DNA from: Minisyncoccota bacterium
GTDB lineage: Bacteria; Patescibacteriota; Minisyncoccia; Phycocordibacterales; UBA9973
Assembly: GCA_041663185.1 (NCBI GenBank)
Contig: JBAZQY010000002.1
Span: 74,629-138,628 of the forward strand
Direction of reading: 5' to 3'
Length of the DNA stretch: 64,000 bases
Position 1 is the stretch's first letter. Each line of letters starts with the position of its first letter. Under the pieces are notes generated by a model, which ran no database searches, was not told where the DNA came from, and was given only the letters and a program-made list of their open reading frames with translations. Shown one piece after another: positions 15,990 to 24,664 of the stretch. The translations under genes were made by a program, and so were the position numbers.

Positions 15990-16358
15990 ATGGCACTTAT
16001 TAGCACTAGCGCAGTAATACTCCTTATCATTGCGATAGGTTTGAGTATTTATACTACAAGACCCCCGGCTCCCCAGATTCCCCGGAATTGCCCAAACTGT
16101 GGAGATCATCTGGATCTCAAGGAATCAATGGCCATTGTTTTTGCCCCTCCAATTTTATTGGAAAAGGGAGAAATAAAGCAGGAAGTTGAATTCTGTTTAA
16201 AGTGTTTGAGTCCAGAAACCCGACTGAATCAGGGAAATATGAAAAACAATTTGCGCTTATTCTTCTCCTATGATGAGAAGCAAATTGAGGAAGTAATTAG
16301 TGCTTTCAATGATTACAGAAGAAAAGCGCTAAAACCCGTTCACTCTTTTCAAAAATAA
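15990..16358 (+). CDS. Hypothetical membrane protein with a CxxC...CxxC zinc-ribbon-like motif.
   Basis: It has an N-terminal TM helix, then CPNCGDH...CLKCLSP. Confidence 0.35.
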   Translation: MALISTSAVILLIIAIGLSIYTTRPPAPQIPRNCPNCGDHLDLKESMAIVFAPPILLEKGEIKQEVEFCLKCLSPETRLNQGNMKNNLRLFFSYDEKQIEEVISAFNDYRRKALKPVHSFQK

Positions 16359-16933
16359 TAATGAGATATAATTTATAGGCCGGTGCAATATGCATTGGCC
16401 TTTTTAATTTTTAAAATAAAAACCCCCGGAACAAATTGTTCCAGGGGAGTTGTTAAACTTTACTTAAATGAAAAGGTTTCACCAAAAAGGCTGGCAGCTT
16501 TACCACGACTGTTCAGCAAGTGAGAACCCTTTATCTTGAATTCTCATAAAGAGAACAATTTATTTCCCTTATATAGTATCAAATACCTTAGATAAGTCAA
16601 GAATAGAGACTACAGAGGTTTAAACTCAAATAAGATTAAAAAAAGCCCCAAACGAAATATCGCTTGAAGGGCTTTTCAACAATCAAAAACCACTATTATG
16701 GAAACATTACGAAGTCTATTAAAGAACAAAATAAGGATCCCGATAAGATACCTATAAAAATGGAGGTAAGCAAAAATGGTACTTACACGGGATCCCCAAT
16801 TTAATAACCAAAAACTACTTATATTATCGAAAATTAAAATCAATCTGTCAAGCATTATTTCCTTACCAAAATGTTTGAAAAATGAAGAGAAAAAGAGTAC
16901 CATGAAGGGGTAATTACGAATTAAAGAGGGGAA

Positions 16934-17815
16934 ATGCACATGGAAGAAATTGAGATAAAGCACAAAAAATCTATGCCGAAATTTCTGAAACGAATTTTGA
17001 AAATTTTCGGGTTGTTTTTGCTTATTTTTGTCGCTTCCGGCGTTTCGTATTTTGTTTATGATTCTGTTTTATATAGTTCTTACCAAAATATTTCCGGTGG
17101 AGCGATGCAAGGGGATTGCAATGTCTTGGGTATCAATATCCGAGGCGACCTTTATACCTATCTCGTCCGGGATGAGGACGGCTACGTTACAGAAGATTAT
17201 CTAGATGCGACTTCATCAGAAGAGATTATTGATTCATTAGAAAACGCCAAAAATGATACGAATGTCAAAGCAGTTATGTTCGATGTCGATTCTTATGGGG
17301 GCGCGCCAGTTGCTGGTGAGGAGATAGCGATTGCGATAAAATCAACCGAGAAGCCGACAGTGGCTTTCATTCGCCAAGCCGGAGTTTCGGCCGCTTATTG
17401 GGCAATTTCGAGTGCTGATTGGATATTGGCTTCGAAAAGTTCGGATGTTGGTAGTATTGGAGTCACTATGTCTTATCTTGAAAAGGCTAAACAAAACGAA
17501 GATTCGGGACTCAAATATATTGAACTTTCTTCCGGCAAATACAAAGATGCTGGTGATCCGGACAGGATTCTCTCGAAAGAAGAAAAGGAAGTTTTGCTTC
17601 GTGACGTCCTACTTACGCACGAGAATTTCATTCGCGCAGTTTCGGAAAATAGAAATATTCCACTGGAAAAGGTTGCAAGTTTTGCCGATGGCTCGAGTGT
17701 GCTCGGCGAACAAGCAAAAAGTTTGGGACTAATAGATGCAGTCGGCGGTTATGAGGAAGCAAGAAATTATCTGTCGGAAAAAATTGGGGAGGAAGTCGAA
17801 GTTTGCTGGTGGTAG
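16934..17815 (+). CDS. sppA: Signal peptide peptidase SppA (S49 family, 36K type)
   Basis: An N-terminal TM helix is followed by VKAVMFDVDSYGGAPVAG...AAYWAISSADWILASKSSDVGSIGV (ClpP/crotonase fold with a Ser/Lys dyad). Confidence 0.75.
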   Translation: MHMEEIEIKHKKSMPKFLKRILKIFGLFLLIFVASGVSYFVYDSVLYSSYQNISGGAMQGDCNVLGINIRGDLYTYLVRDEDGYVTEDYLDATSSEEIIDSLENAKNDTNVKAVMFDVDSYGGAPVAGEEIAIAIKSTEKPTVAFIRQAGVSAAYWAISSADWILASKSSDVGSIGVTMSYLEKAKQNEDSGLKYIELSSGKYKDAGDPDRILSKEEKEVLLRDVLLTHENFIRAVSENRNIPLEKVASFADGSSVLGEQAKSLGLIDAVGGYEEARNYLSEKIGEEVEVCWW

Positions 17816-17945
17816 AATATATGAGTGTTATGCGAAATAGAATTTATGCTAAAGTAGGGAATAGGAAAGAGATGCTCGAAAAAAGATCGAGATTTTAGAA
17901 ACGAAATGAAAAGGCAAACATACGAAATATAATAAGTTATAATTT

Positions 17946-18782
17946 ATGAAACCAAAAACACTGCAGATGCTTGTTCCAGGAGGAAATCCTAATGGAATGA
18001 AAATAATAGAACTTCCTGGATGGTCTGGCAAGTGTTTTTTATTACCTCGTCAAAATTTAAAAGAATTAAAGGATTCCTCTGATGTAAACCAACCGGGTCT
18101 TTATATTTTATTTGGTTCGAATGAAGAGTCAGGAGATGATCTTGCTTATATAGGTGAATCAGAAAATTTTTACAGTCGTATTACAAATCATGATGCAAAT
18201 AAAGACTTTTGGAATACAGCTGTTATTTTTACCGGGGAATTAAATAAAGCCCATGTTAAATATTTAGAGTATAAGGCTACGGCATTAGCCCATAAAGTAA
18301 ATCGTATGACGGTTCAAAACAAAGTACAACCTCCAGAAAATTCATTATCATATTTTGATAAGATTTCAGCCGAAGAATATTTTGAAAATGTACAATTTAT
18401 TTTAGAAGCATTGGGGTACCAACTTTTTGAAGCTGTTGCTGAGTCAATTTCTGACACTAAGCTTTATTATTTAAAAGCTGAAGGAGCAGACGCTAAAGCT
18501 CAATTATTAGAAGACGGTAGTCTTAATATTCTTAAAGGATCTACTGCAAGAATTAGAGAAACTGAAGCATTTTTTGGTTGGTCAAAGGCTGCAAGAGAAA
18601 AGTTTCTTAAGGATGGTATTTTAATTGAGAAGGGAGACGGGATATCTTATTTATTTACAAAAGATGTTTTATTTAAAAGTCCTACTGCTGCTGCCGCTAC
18701 GACCACAGGAAGACCAATCAATGGGTGGACATCATGGAAAGATGAATCTGGTAATACGTTAGATGAAAATTTAAGGAAATAG
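17946..18782 (+). CDS. GIY-YIG nuclease family protein with a C-terminal DUF4357-like domain. This family is commonly associated with R-M and defence loci.
   Basis: GLYILFGSNEESGDDLAYIGESENFYSRITNH is the GIY-YIG motif. The C-terminal block reads GSTARIRETEAFFGWSKAAREKFLKDGILIEKGDGISYLF. It lies directly upstream of hsdM. Confidence 0.65.
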   Translation: MKPKTLQMLVPGGNPNGMKIIELPGWSGKCFLLPRQNLKELKDSSDVNQPGLYILFGSNEESGDDLAYIGESENFYSRITNHDANKDFWNTAVIFTGELNKAHVKYLEYKATALAHKVNRMTVQNKVQPPENSLSYFDKISAEEYFENVQFILEALGYQLFEAVAESISDTKLYYLKAEGADAKAQLLEDGSLNILKGSTARIRETEAFFGWSKAAREKFLKDGILIEKGDGISYLFTKDVLFKSPTAAAATTTGRPINGWTSWKDESGNTLDENLRK

Positions 18783-18983
18783 GCTTTAATTAGTCTTTCT
18801 CAAATTAAAAGTTGAGCTGTTAATCTTTAATTTGACTTTTATATATTAAAGGTATAGTTTCATCTGCCATATTCTACCAGAATATAGAGTAAAAGGTATT
18901 TAAGCCCTAACCTATGAAAAATAGTCAATTTTGTTGTTCCTAGGTTAGCAACATAGGAAGAGTTAGGAAAATAGTCAAATAGC

Positions 18984-19012
18984 TTGACTTTTAGATTCAA
19001 AGGGTATATACT
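18984..19012 (+). promoter_or_regulatory. Candidate promoter for hsdM. TTGACT-17 nt-TATACT ends 7 nt before the ATG, giving a leaderless configuration.
   Basis: ttgact at 18984-18989 and tatact at 19007-19012, with the ATG at 19020. The direct repeat aaaatagtcaa occurs twice upstream, at 18912 and 18968. Confidence 0.45.
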
Positions 19013-19019
19013 ACCCTAT

Positions 19020-20717
19020 ATGACAAATAATTATTCAATAAAACAAGTAGCTAAAAGATTGGGGGTTCATGAAGATACTCTTCGCAATTGGGAAGATCAA
19101 GGGCTTATTAAACCTTTGCGTGTAGGCAAAAGACAAGATAGAAAATATACAGATGAAATTATAAATACAATAATTGAGAAAGGGTTAGCTCATCCAATTT
19201 TGAGTTTAGATAAAGACGCTCCAGAGAAAAAAGAAAAAATGAAATTATCAGAGCTTCAATCATTTTTATGGAAGAGTGCTGATATTCTCCGCGGGAAAAT
19301 TGATAGTGGCGATTATAAATCATATATTTTCGGACTTCTCTTTTATAAGAGAATAAGCGATATGTGGGATGAAGAGTATGAAGATATTTTAGCAAAATTT
19401 CACGATGAAGAACTTGCCAATGCCGACTACAACCACAAATTCCAAGTTCCGAAAGATTGCCGTTGGTTAGAAGTTCAGAAAGAAGCTACAAATATTGGCT
19501 CAAAGCTCAACGATGTTTTTGATAAATTAACTACTGCAAACACTCCCAAGCTTGATAAGATTTTCAACAACTTAAATTTCGCTGATAAAGACCGCTTCCC
19601 CAACGAAACAACTCAACGCCTCATAAACCATTTCTCAAAATATAATTTTGGTAATACTTACATCAATTCGGATATTCTTGGTGATGCATATGAATATCTT
19701 ATAAAACAATTTGCTTCAGATGCCGGGAAAAAGGGAGGCGAGTTCTACACTCCACGAGAAATTGAAAGAGTAATAATAAAAATAATAAAACCTGAAGCCA
19801 AAAGTCATGTAAATGACCCAACATGTGGCTCGGGAGGATTTTTATTGGAAGCTTATCATTATGTTCGTGAAAAATTTGGAGATAAGGAAGCTCGCAAGAT
19901 GTATTTATCGGGGCAAGAAATAAATATTGGAACTTATGCAATTTCAAAAATAAATATGTTCTTACACGGGCTTGAAAGTACCGACATCCGCCGAGGAGAT
20001 ACATTAGCAGATCCTCAATTTTTAGATAAAGCTGGGAAAATCCAAACATTTTCTCATGTAGTTGCAAATTTTCCGTACTCAATCAAAGAGTGGGAATGGG
20101 AAACTTTTACTCATGACAAATATGGTCGCACAGATGGGTATGAACTTCCTCCACAGAAAAATGCTGACTACGCTTTTATTCTCCACATAATAAAATCTTT
20201 GAACGAAAACGGCAGAGCTGGGATTGTTGTCCCGCATGGTGTGCTTTTCAAATCTGATACTTCGGGGAGAATTCGTGAGCAAGTTTTAAAGAATGACTTA
20301 ATAGAGGCAATTATCGCAATGCCTGCAAAGCTTTTCTCGGGAGTTGGTATTCCTGTGGCTCTTGTGATATTAAACAAGGCAAAAGCACCAAATCATAAAA
20401 ACAAAATTCTTTTCATAGATGCCGAAAGTGATTATCAAGAAGGGAAAAATCAAAATTCGCTACGAAATCAAGACATAGAAAAAATTGTTTCAGCTTTTGA
20501 TAATTGGAGAGATGTTGATAAATATGCTCGTGTTATAAATATGAAAGAAATAGAAGAAAACGATTATAATTTAAATGTTCGTAGATATATTGACTCATCG
20601 GAAGTAGAAGAAGTTATTGATGTTTCCGTTGTGTGGAAAGAATTAAAACAAACAGAAAAAGAGCGTGATGAAATCAATAAAAAAGTCGAGGGATATTTAA
20701 AAGAATTAATATACTAA
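19020..20717 (+). CDS. hsdM: Type I restriction-modification system methyltransferase subunit HsdM, with an N-terminal MerR/excisionase-like HTH.
   Basis: IKQVAKRLGVHEDTLRNWEDQGLI is the HTH. The HsdM N-terminal domain (LWKSADILRG) is present. The SAM-binding motif is DPTCGSGGFL and the N6-adenine motif is VVANFPYS. Confidence 0.9.
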   Translation: MTNNYSIKQVAKRLGVHEDTLRNWEDQGLIKPLRVGKRQDRKYTDEIINTIIEKGLAHPILSLDKDAPEKKEKMKLSELQSFLWKSADILRGKIDSGDYKSYIFGLLFYKRISDMWDEEYEDILAKFHDEELANADYNHKFQVPKDCRWLEVQKEATNIGSKLNDVFDKLTTANTPKLDKIFNNLNFADKDRFPNETTQRLINHFSKYNFGNTYINSDILGDAYEYLIKQFASDAGKKGGEFYTPREIERVIIKIIKPEAKSHVNDPTCGSGGFLLEAYHYVREKFGDKEARKMYLSGQEINIGTYAISKINMFLHGLESTDIRRGDTLADPQFLDKAGKIQTFSHVVANFPYSIKEWEWETFTHDKYGRTDGYELPPQKNADYAFILHIIKSLNENGRAGIVVPHGVLFKSDTSGRIREQVLKNDLIEAIIAMPAKLFSGVGIPVALVILNKAKAPNHKNKILFIDAESDYQEGKNQNSLRNQDIEKIVSAFDNWRDVDKYARVINMKEIEENDYNLNVRRYIDSSEVEEVIDVSVVWKELKQTEKERDEINKKVEGYLKELIY

Positions 20718-20721
20718 ATAT

Positions 20722-21543
20722 ATGGATATAACACCATTTGAGAAAATAAAAAAGGTTACAGATTATGGAGCAGAGTATTGGATAGCCAGAGAGTTAATGG
20801 AGGTTCTTGGTTACGATACATGGAGAAGATTTGAAGATGCTATCCAAAGAGCGATAGAATCATGTAATAACGCAGGAGGAGATGCAAGTCAAGAGTTTTT
20901 GCCGGCTCCGGCAAAAACCCAAGAGGTAGGTGGAAGACCCGGAAAAGACTATATTTTATCAAGATATGCTTGTTATCTTATAGCACAAAATGGAGATCCA
21001 TCAAAAGAGCAAATAGCTAATGCTCAGACTTATTTTGCAATACAAGCAAGAAAACAAGAAGTATATGAGACAACAATTGAGGATAAAAAGAGAGTAATGT
21101 TGCGAGAAGAAATGAAAAAGCATAATTTAGAACTTGCTTCAGCTGCTAAACAAGCCGGTGTTATAGATCCATACGATTATGCGATTTTTCAAAATTTTGG
21201 TTATAAGGGTTTATATGGGAATCTTGGTGTGCAAGATATTCACAGGAAGAAAGGTCTCAAAAAATCTCAGAAAATATTAGACCATATGGGGAGTGAAGAG
21301 TTAGCTGCAAATCTTTTTAGAACTACTCAAGCAGAGGCAAAATTACGACGAGAGAATAGAAAAGATAAAGGCAGAGCAAATGAATTACATAGAGAAGTAG
21401 GTGCTATGGTTAGAAAAACAATAAAAGAAATAGGAGGTACTATGCCAGAAAATTTACCCGTTGCTGAAGGGATAAATAAAACTGTTCTTAAATTGAAAAA
21501 AGGTACGATAGATAAAAAATTACTTAAACCTAATAAAAAATAA
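20722..21543 (+). CDS. DinD-like (DNA-damage-inducible protein D family) / Bro-N-domain protein, embedded between hsdM and hsdS.
   Basis: PFEKIKKVTDYGAEYWIARELMEVLGYDTWRRFEDAIQRAIESC resembles the Bro-N/DinD N-terminal signature. At 273 aa it is about the same length as E. coli DinD. This is recalled from memory and not searched. Confidence 0.5.
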   Translation: MDITPFEKIKKVTDYGAEYWIARELMEVLGYDTWRRFEDAIQRAIESCNNAGGDASQEFLPAPAKTQEVGGRPGKDYILSRYACYLIAQNGDPSKEQIANAQTYFAIQARKQEVYETTIEDKKRVMLREEMKKHNLELASAAKQAGVIDPYDYAIFQNFGYKGLYGNLGVQDIHRKKGLKKSQKILDHMGSEELAANLFRTTQAEAKLRRENRKDKGRANELHREVGAMVRKTIKEIGGTMPENLPVAEGINKTVLKLKKGTIDKKLLKPNKK

Positions 21544-21547
21544 ATTT

Positions 21548-22651
21548 ATGAGTATTTGGGATATTTTTAGAACAAATGAAGCAGAAATTATAAACAATAA
21601 AAAAATTGGGGTAATTTATGTTGCTGACTTTCCACAAGATACTGGTAAATATGTTTCTATTGCCGAGGGTAGTGTTAATAATTCAGATTTAGATATAAAA
21701 ATTTCAACTCGTATTCATTTACGCATTACTTATATAACACATTCAGAGAAGATTAGTGGAGTTGAGATTGCAAAAGTAGATGGGGATAAAATTGAGAAAA
21801 TTCATTTTTCTACTTTAGATTTTGAACGCATCCTACAGTTACTAAGTTTATTTTCTGAATTAGATTTAAAAGCAGTAGTCAATAAAACGGTGATGTTTGA
21901 TGAGTCTATAATAGGTGACTCTAAAGAAGTTTCAAGATTTTTAACATTAATAGCTTCAGACCCAGAAGGCAAAGAGAAATTAGGAGAAGTTGCTAAAAAT
22001 TATGGGCTTATTAAGGTTGGTGATATAGATAACATAGTTCAGAAAAAAGAAGCAGTTGCTCTTTTTGAGAAAATTTTAAATGATCAAAGGGAATTTACAA
22101 AATATAAGAGTGAGCTTGGAGTAGGAAAAGACGAAGAGGTTTGGCAGAAATTCTTTTCTCAAAATTCATGGATTCTAGGTTCTGATTTTGTTGAAATTCT
22201 TGATGAGAGACGGCTAGATGTTGAAAATATAACAGATTACCTTTTAAAATCATTTGATGGTTTTGTGGATATTATTGAATTAAAACTTCCTTCTGTTCAA
22301 TTTTGGACAACAGAGAATATTCCAAGAAGTGAATTAACTTCGGCAACTATGCAGTGTAATAGATATATTTTACAAACAGAAAGAAAAATAAATGATTTAG
22401 AGTTTAATAAGAAAATTCAAAATACTCCAATTGTAAAACCAAGGATTACTTTGATATATGGACGCTCTAATTCATGGGGTGACAACGAGAAAGAGGCGTA
22501 TAGAGTTTTAAATTCAAGTTATTATAATCTAAATATTATTTCTTATGACCATTTACTTGAACGAGCAAAAAGATTAATAGGGATTATTAGTACAAAAACA
22601 ATTATTGTTGAAAACGAAGATGAAATAAACACAGAAGATATCCCTTTTTAA
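21548..22651 (+). CDS. DUF4263 (Shedu SduA-like) PD-(D/E)xK nuclease-domain protein; candidate anti-phage effector nested in the type I R-M operon.
   Basis: The C-terminal domain reads FDGFVDIIELKLP...MQCNRYIL...PRITLIYGRS...YNLNIISYDHLLERAK. This is the D...ExK + QxxxY pattern and the terminal ...SYD.LL pattern typical of DUF4263. The N-terminal roughly 220 aa are of unknown fold. Confidence 0.5.
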   Translation: MSIWDIFRTNEAEIINNKKIGVIYVADFPQDTGKYVSIAEGSVNNSDLDIKISTRIHLRITYITHSEKISGVEIAKVDGDKIEKIHFSTLDFERILQLLSLFSELDLKAVVNKTVMFDESIIGDSKEVSRFLTLIASDPEGKEKLGEVAKNYGLIKVGDIDNIVQKKEAVALFEKILNDQREFTKYKSELGVGKDEEVWQKFFSQNSWILGSDFVEILDERRLDVENITDYLLKSFDGFVDIIELKLPSVQFWTTENIPRSELTSATMQCNRYILQTERKINDLEFNKKIQNTPIVKPRITLIYGRSNSWGDNEKEAYRVLNSSYYNLNIISYDHLLERAKRLIGIISTKTIIVENEDEINTEDIPF

Positions 22652-22653
22652 TT

Positions 22654-23841
22654 ATGAAAACTAACCAATTACAAAAGAAGATTCCAAATGGGTGGATGGA
22701 GGATAACATAGGAAAATATGGGTCTTGTATTCGTGGAGTAAGTTACTCTCCACGAGATCTTAGGGATACAGAAGACGAATCCTCTATCTCTTTATTGCGG
22801 TCTAATAATATTAAGGATGATAAATTGAATCTTTCAGACGTTCAAATTGTTTCAAAAACAAGAGTTTCAGATAATCAGATTCTTAAAAAGGGTGATATTT
22901 TTGTATGTATGTCCAACGGTTCTAAATCTTTAGTTGGTAAAAACGTTTTTATAAAAGATGATGCAGAATATACTATTGGAGCTTTTTGTTCTTTGTTTCA
23001 TTTGAATTCAAACAAGGTTGTTCCTTTGTTTATTAAGCAGTTGTTTCTCTCAGATAGTTATTTAAGACAAATTCAAGATAGTTTAGCTGGAACCAGTATA
23101 AATAATTTAAAAAATTCTCATATTGAAGATTTAAAATTTTTATTTCCTCCAAAACCAGAGCAAGAAAAAATTGCGGAGATTTTAAGTTCAGTTGATGAAG
23201 ATATAGAAAAAACTGAAAAAGTTATTAAAAAAACTGAAAAATTAAAAAATGGATTGTTTAAAAGTCTTTTAAATGAATGTAAAAATACAAAAGAAGTAAA
23301 TTTTTCTGAATTAGTTAAATTAAGAAATGAAAAATTCAGAGGATTAGATAATAAAAAATATGTATCTTTAGAGCACATAGAACAAGGCACTGGCAGGTTG
23401 CTGGGATTTGGAGATTCCGAGGAAACAAAAAGCATAAATTCTGTATTTAGCATAAATAATATTCTTTTTGGGAAATTACGCCCTTACTTACGAAAATATT
23501 GGAAGGCTGATTTTGAGGGTGTTTGTACTGGAGAAATATTGGTATTTGAGCCAATATTAGAGAGTGATATTGATTTCATTTTTCAATTAATACAAACTGA
23601 TGAATTTATCAATCATTCTGTCTCTGAATCTTTTGGAACTAAAATGCCAAGGACTGATTGGAATATAATTTCAAACTTTCAAATAAAAGTTCCGCCTCAA
23701 AAAGAAAGAGAAAAAATAGGAGAAATTCTTTCAGCTGTCGATGAAAAGATTTTGGTCAATAAAAAATTAAAAGAAAAACTTACTCAATTAAAGAAGGGAT
23801 TAATGTCGGATCTCTTGAGTGGAGAAGTAAGAACAATATAG
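22654..23841 (+). CDS. hsdS: Type I R-M specificity subunit HsdS (two target-recognition domains).
   Basis: The N-terminus KIPNGWMEDNIGKY and the conserved central and C-terminal coiled-coil repeats (EQEKIAEILSSVDEDIEKTEK / EREKIGEILSAVDEKILVNKK) are present. There are two variable target-recognition domains. Confidence 0.85.
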   Translation: MKTNQLQKKIPNGWMEDNIGKYGSCIRGVSYSPRDLRDTEDESSISLLRSNNIKDDKLNLSDVQIVSKTRVSDNQILKKGDIFVCMSNGSKSLVGKNVFIKDDAEYTIGAFCSLFHLNSNKVVPLFIKQLFLSDSYLRQIQDSLAGTSINNLKNSHIEDLKFLFPPKPEQEKIAEILSSVDEDIEKTEKVIKKTEKLKNGLFKSLLNECKNTKEVNFSELVKLRNEKFRGLDNKKYVSLEHIEQGTGRLLGFGDSEETKSINSVFSINNILFGKLRPYLRKYWKADFEGVCTGEILVFEPILESDIDFIFQLIQTDEFINHSVSESFGTKMPRTDWNIISNFQIKVPPQKEREKIGEILSAVDEKILVNKKLKEKLTQLKKGLMSDLLSGEVRTI

Positions 23842-23845
23842 TAAT

Positions 23846-24664
23846 ATGGATGATTTTAATAAAAGATGGGGAATAATAGAAGAGATAGACTACAAAGAAG
23901 AATTTGAAAAATTTAAAATAAGAGTTTTAACTGTTTTTCGTGAAGTTGATAGTCATGTTGAAGAAGAAGTTGTTGAAAACTTTTGTAATAAGTTGGGTAT
24001 TCCAGTTAATTGGACTTATGATGACTTTAATTATAGAAATTATGGAGAAAATATAATAAATATATTGACTTCAATTAAGGAAGAAAAAAAATTTTATTTT
24101 GCATTAGAATTATTATTAAATTTACCCATTCAAACTTTAATTGGTTACTCTCATGATGAAAAATATAGTAGAAATATATTAGTTAAAAAGTTTTTTGAGA
24201 TTTTAAATTATTCGAAAGTCAACCTTAAAGTTATTATAGAAGATAAAAAAGTAGTTTTGTATCCAGCAGGCGATGAAATGTTAGATGTAGAATTGGTTGA
24301 TAATACTTTAAATTTTTTAAATGCAGAAGCCAAAAAACATTTTGTAGAAGCATTAAAATTTTATCAAGATAAAAAATATATTAAATCTGCTGAAGGTCTT
24401 AGAAGGTCATTAGAAGAATTTTTAAGAAATAGATTGAAAAATACAAAAGGATTGAATGCTAACATTACTGAATTGCAGGCAAAACTAAAAAAAGACGGAC
24501 GCGATCCTCAAGTTAGGAATATAATTCAATCAACTTTTGGATGCCTAGACCAATATTTTAATGAGAATAGTAAACATAATGATGGCGATATTGATGATTC
24601 TGAAAATGAATTTTTAATATATCAGACAGGATTATTAATGAGGTATATAAATAGCAATATATGA
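23846..24664 (+). CDS. Hypothetical 272-aa protein embedded between hsdS and hsdR. It is a candidate accessory defence or abortive-infection-type gene.
   Basis: No family is recognised. It is acidic and alpha-helical, with a possible Rx4H at residues 32-37 (REVDSH). The position inside a type I R-M operon is typical for passenger anti-phage genes. Confidence 0.4.
   Translation: MDDFNKRWGIIEEIDYKEEFEKFKIRVLTVFREVDSHVEEEVVENFCNKLGIPVNWTYDDFNYRNYGENIINILTSIKEEKKFYFALELLLNLPIQTLIGYSHDEKYSRNILVKKFFEILNYSKVNLKVIIEDKKVVLYPAGDEMLDVELVDNTLNFLNAEAKKHFVEALKFYQDKKYIKSAEGLRRSLEEFLRNRLKNTKGLNANITELQAKLKKDGRDPQVRNIIQSTFGCLDQYFNENSKHNDGDIDDSENEFLIYQTGLLMRYINSNI

Noticed and set aside
16380-16930. 550-bp gene-free interval considered for RNase P, tmRNA or 6S RNA.
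   Set aside because: No conserved RNase P (P4) or tmRNA tag or tRNA-like signatures were recognisable. Only scattered terminator-like hairpins are present.
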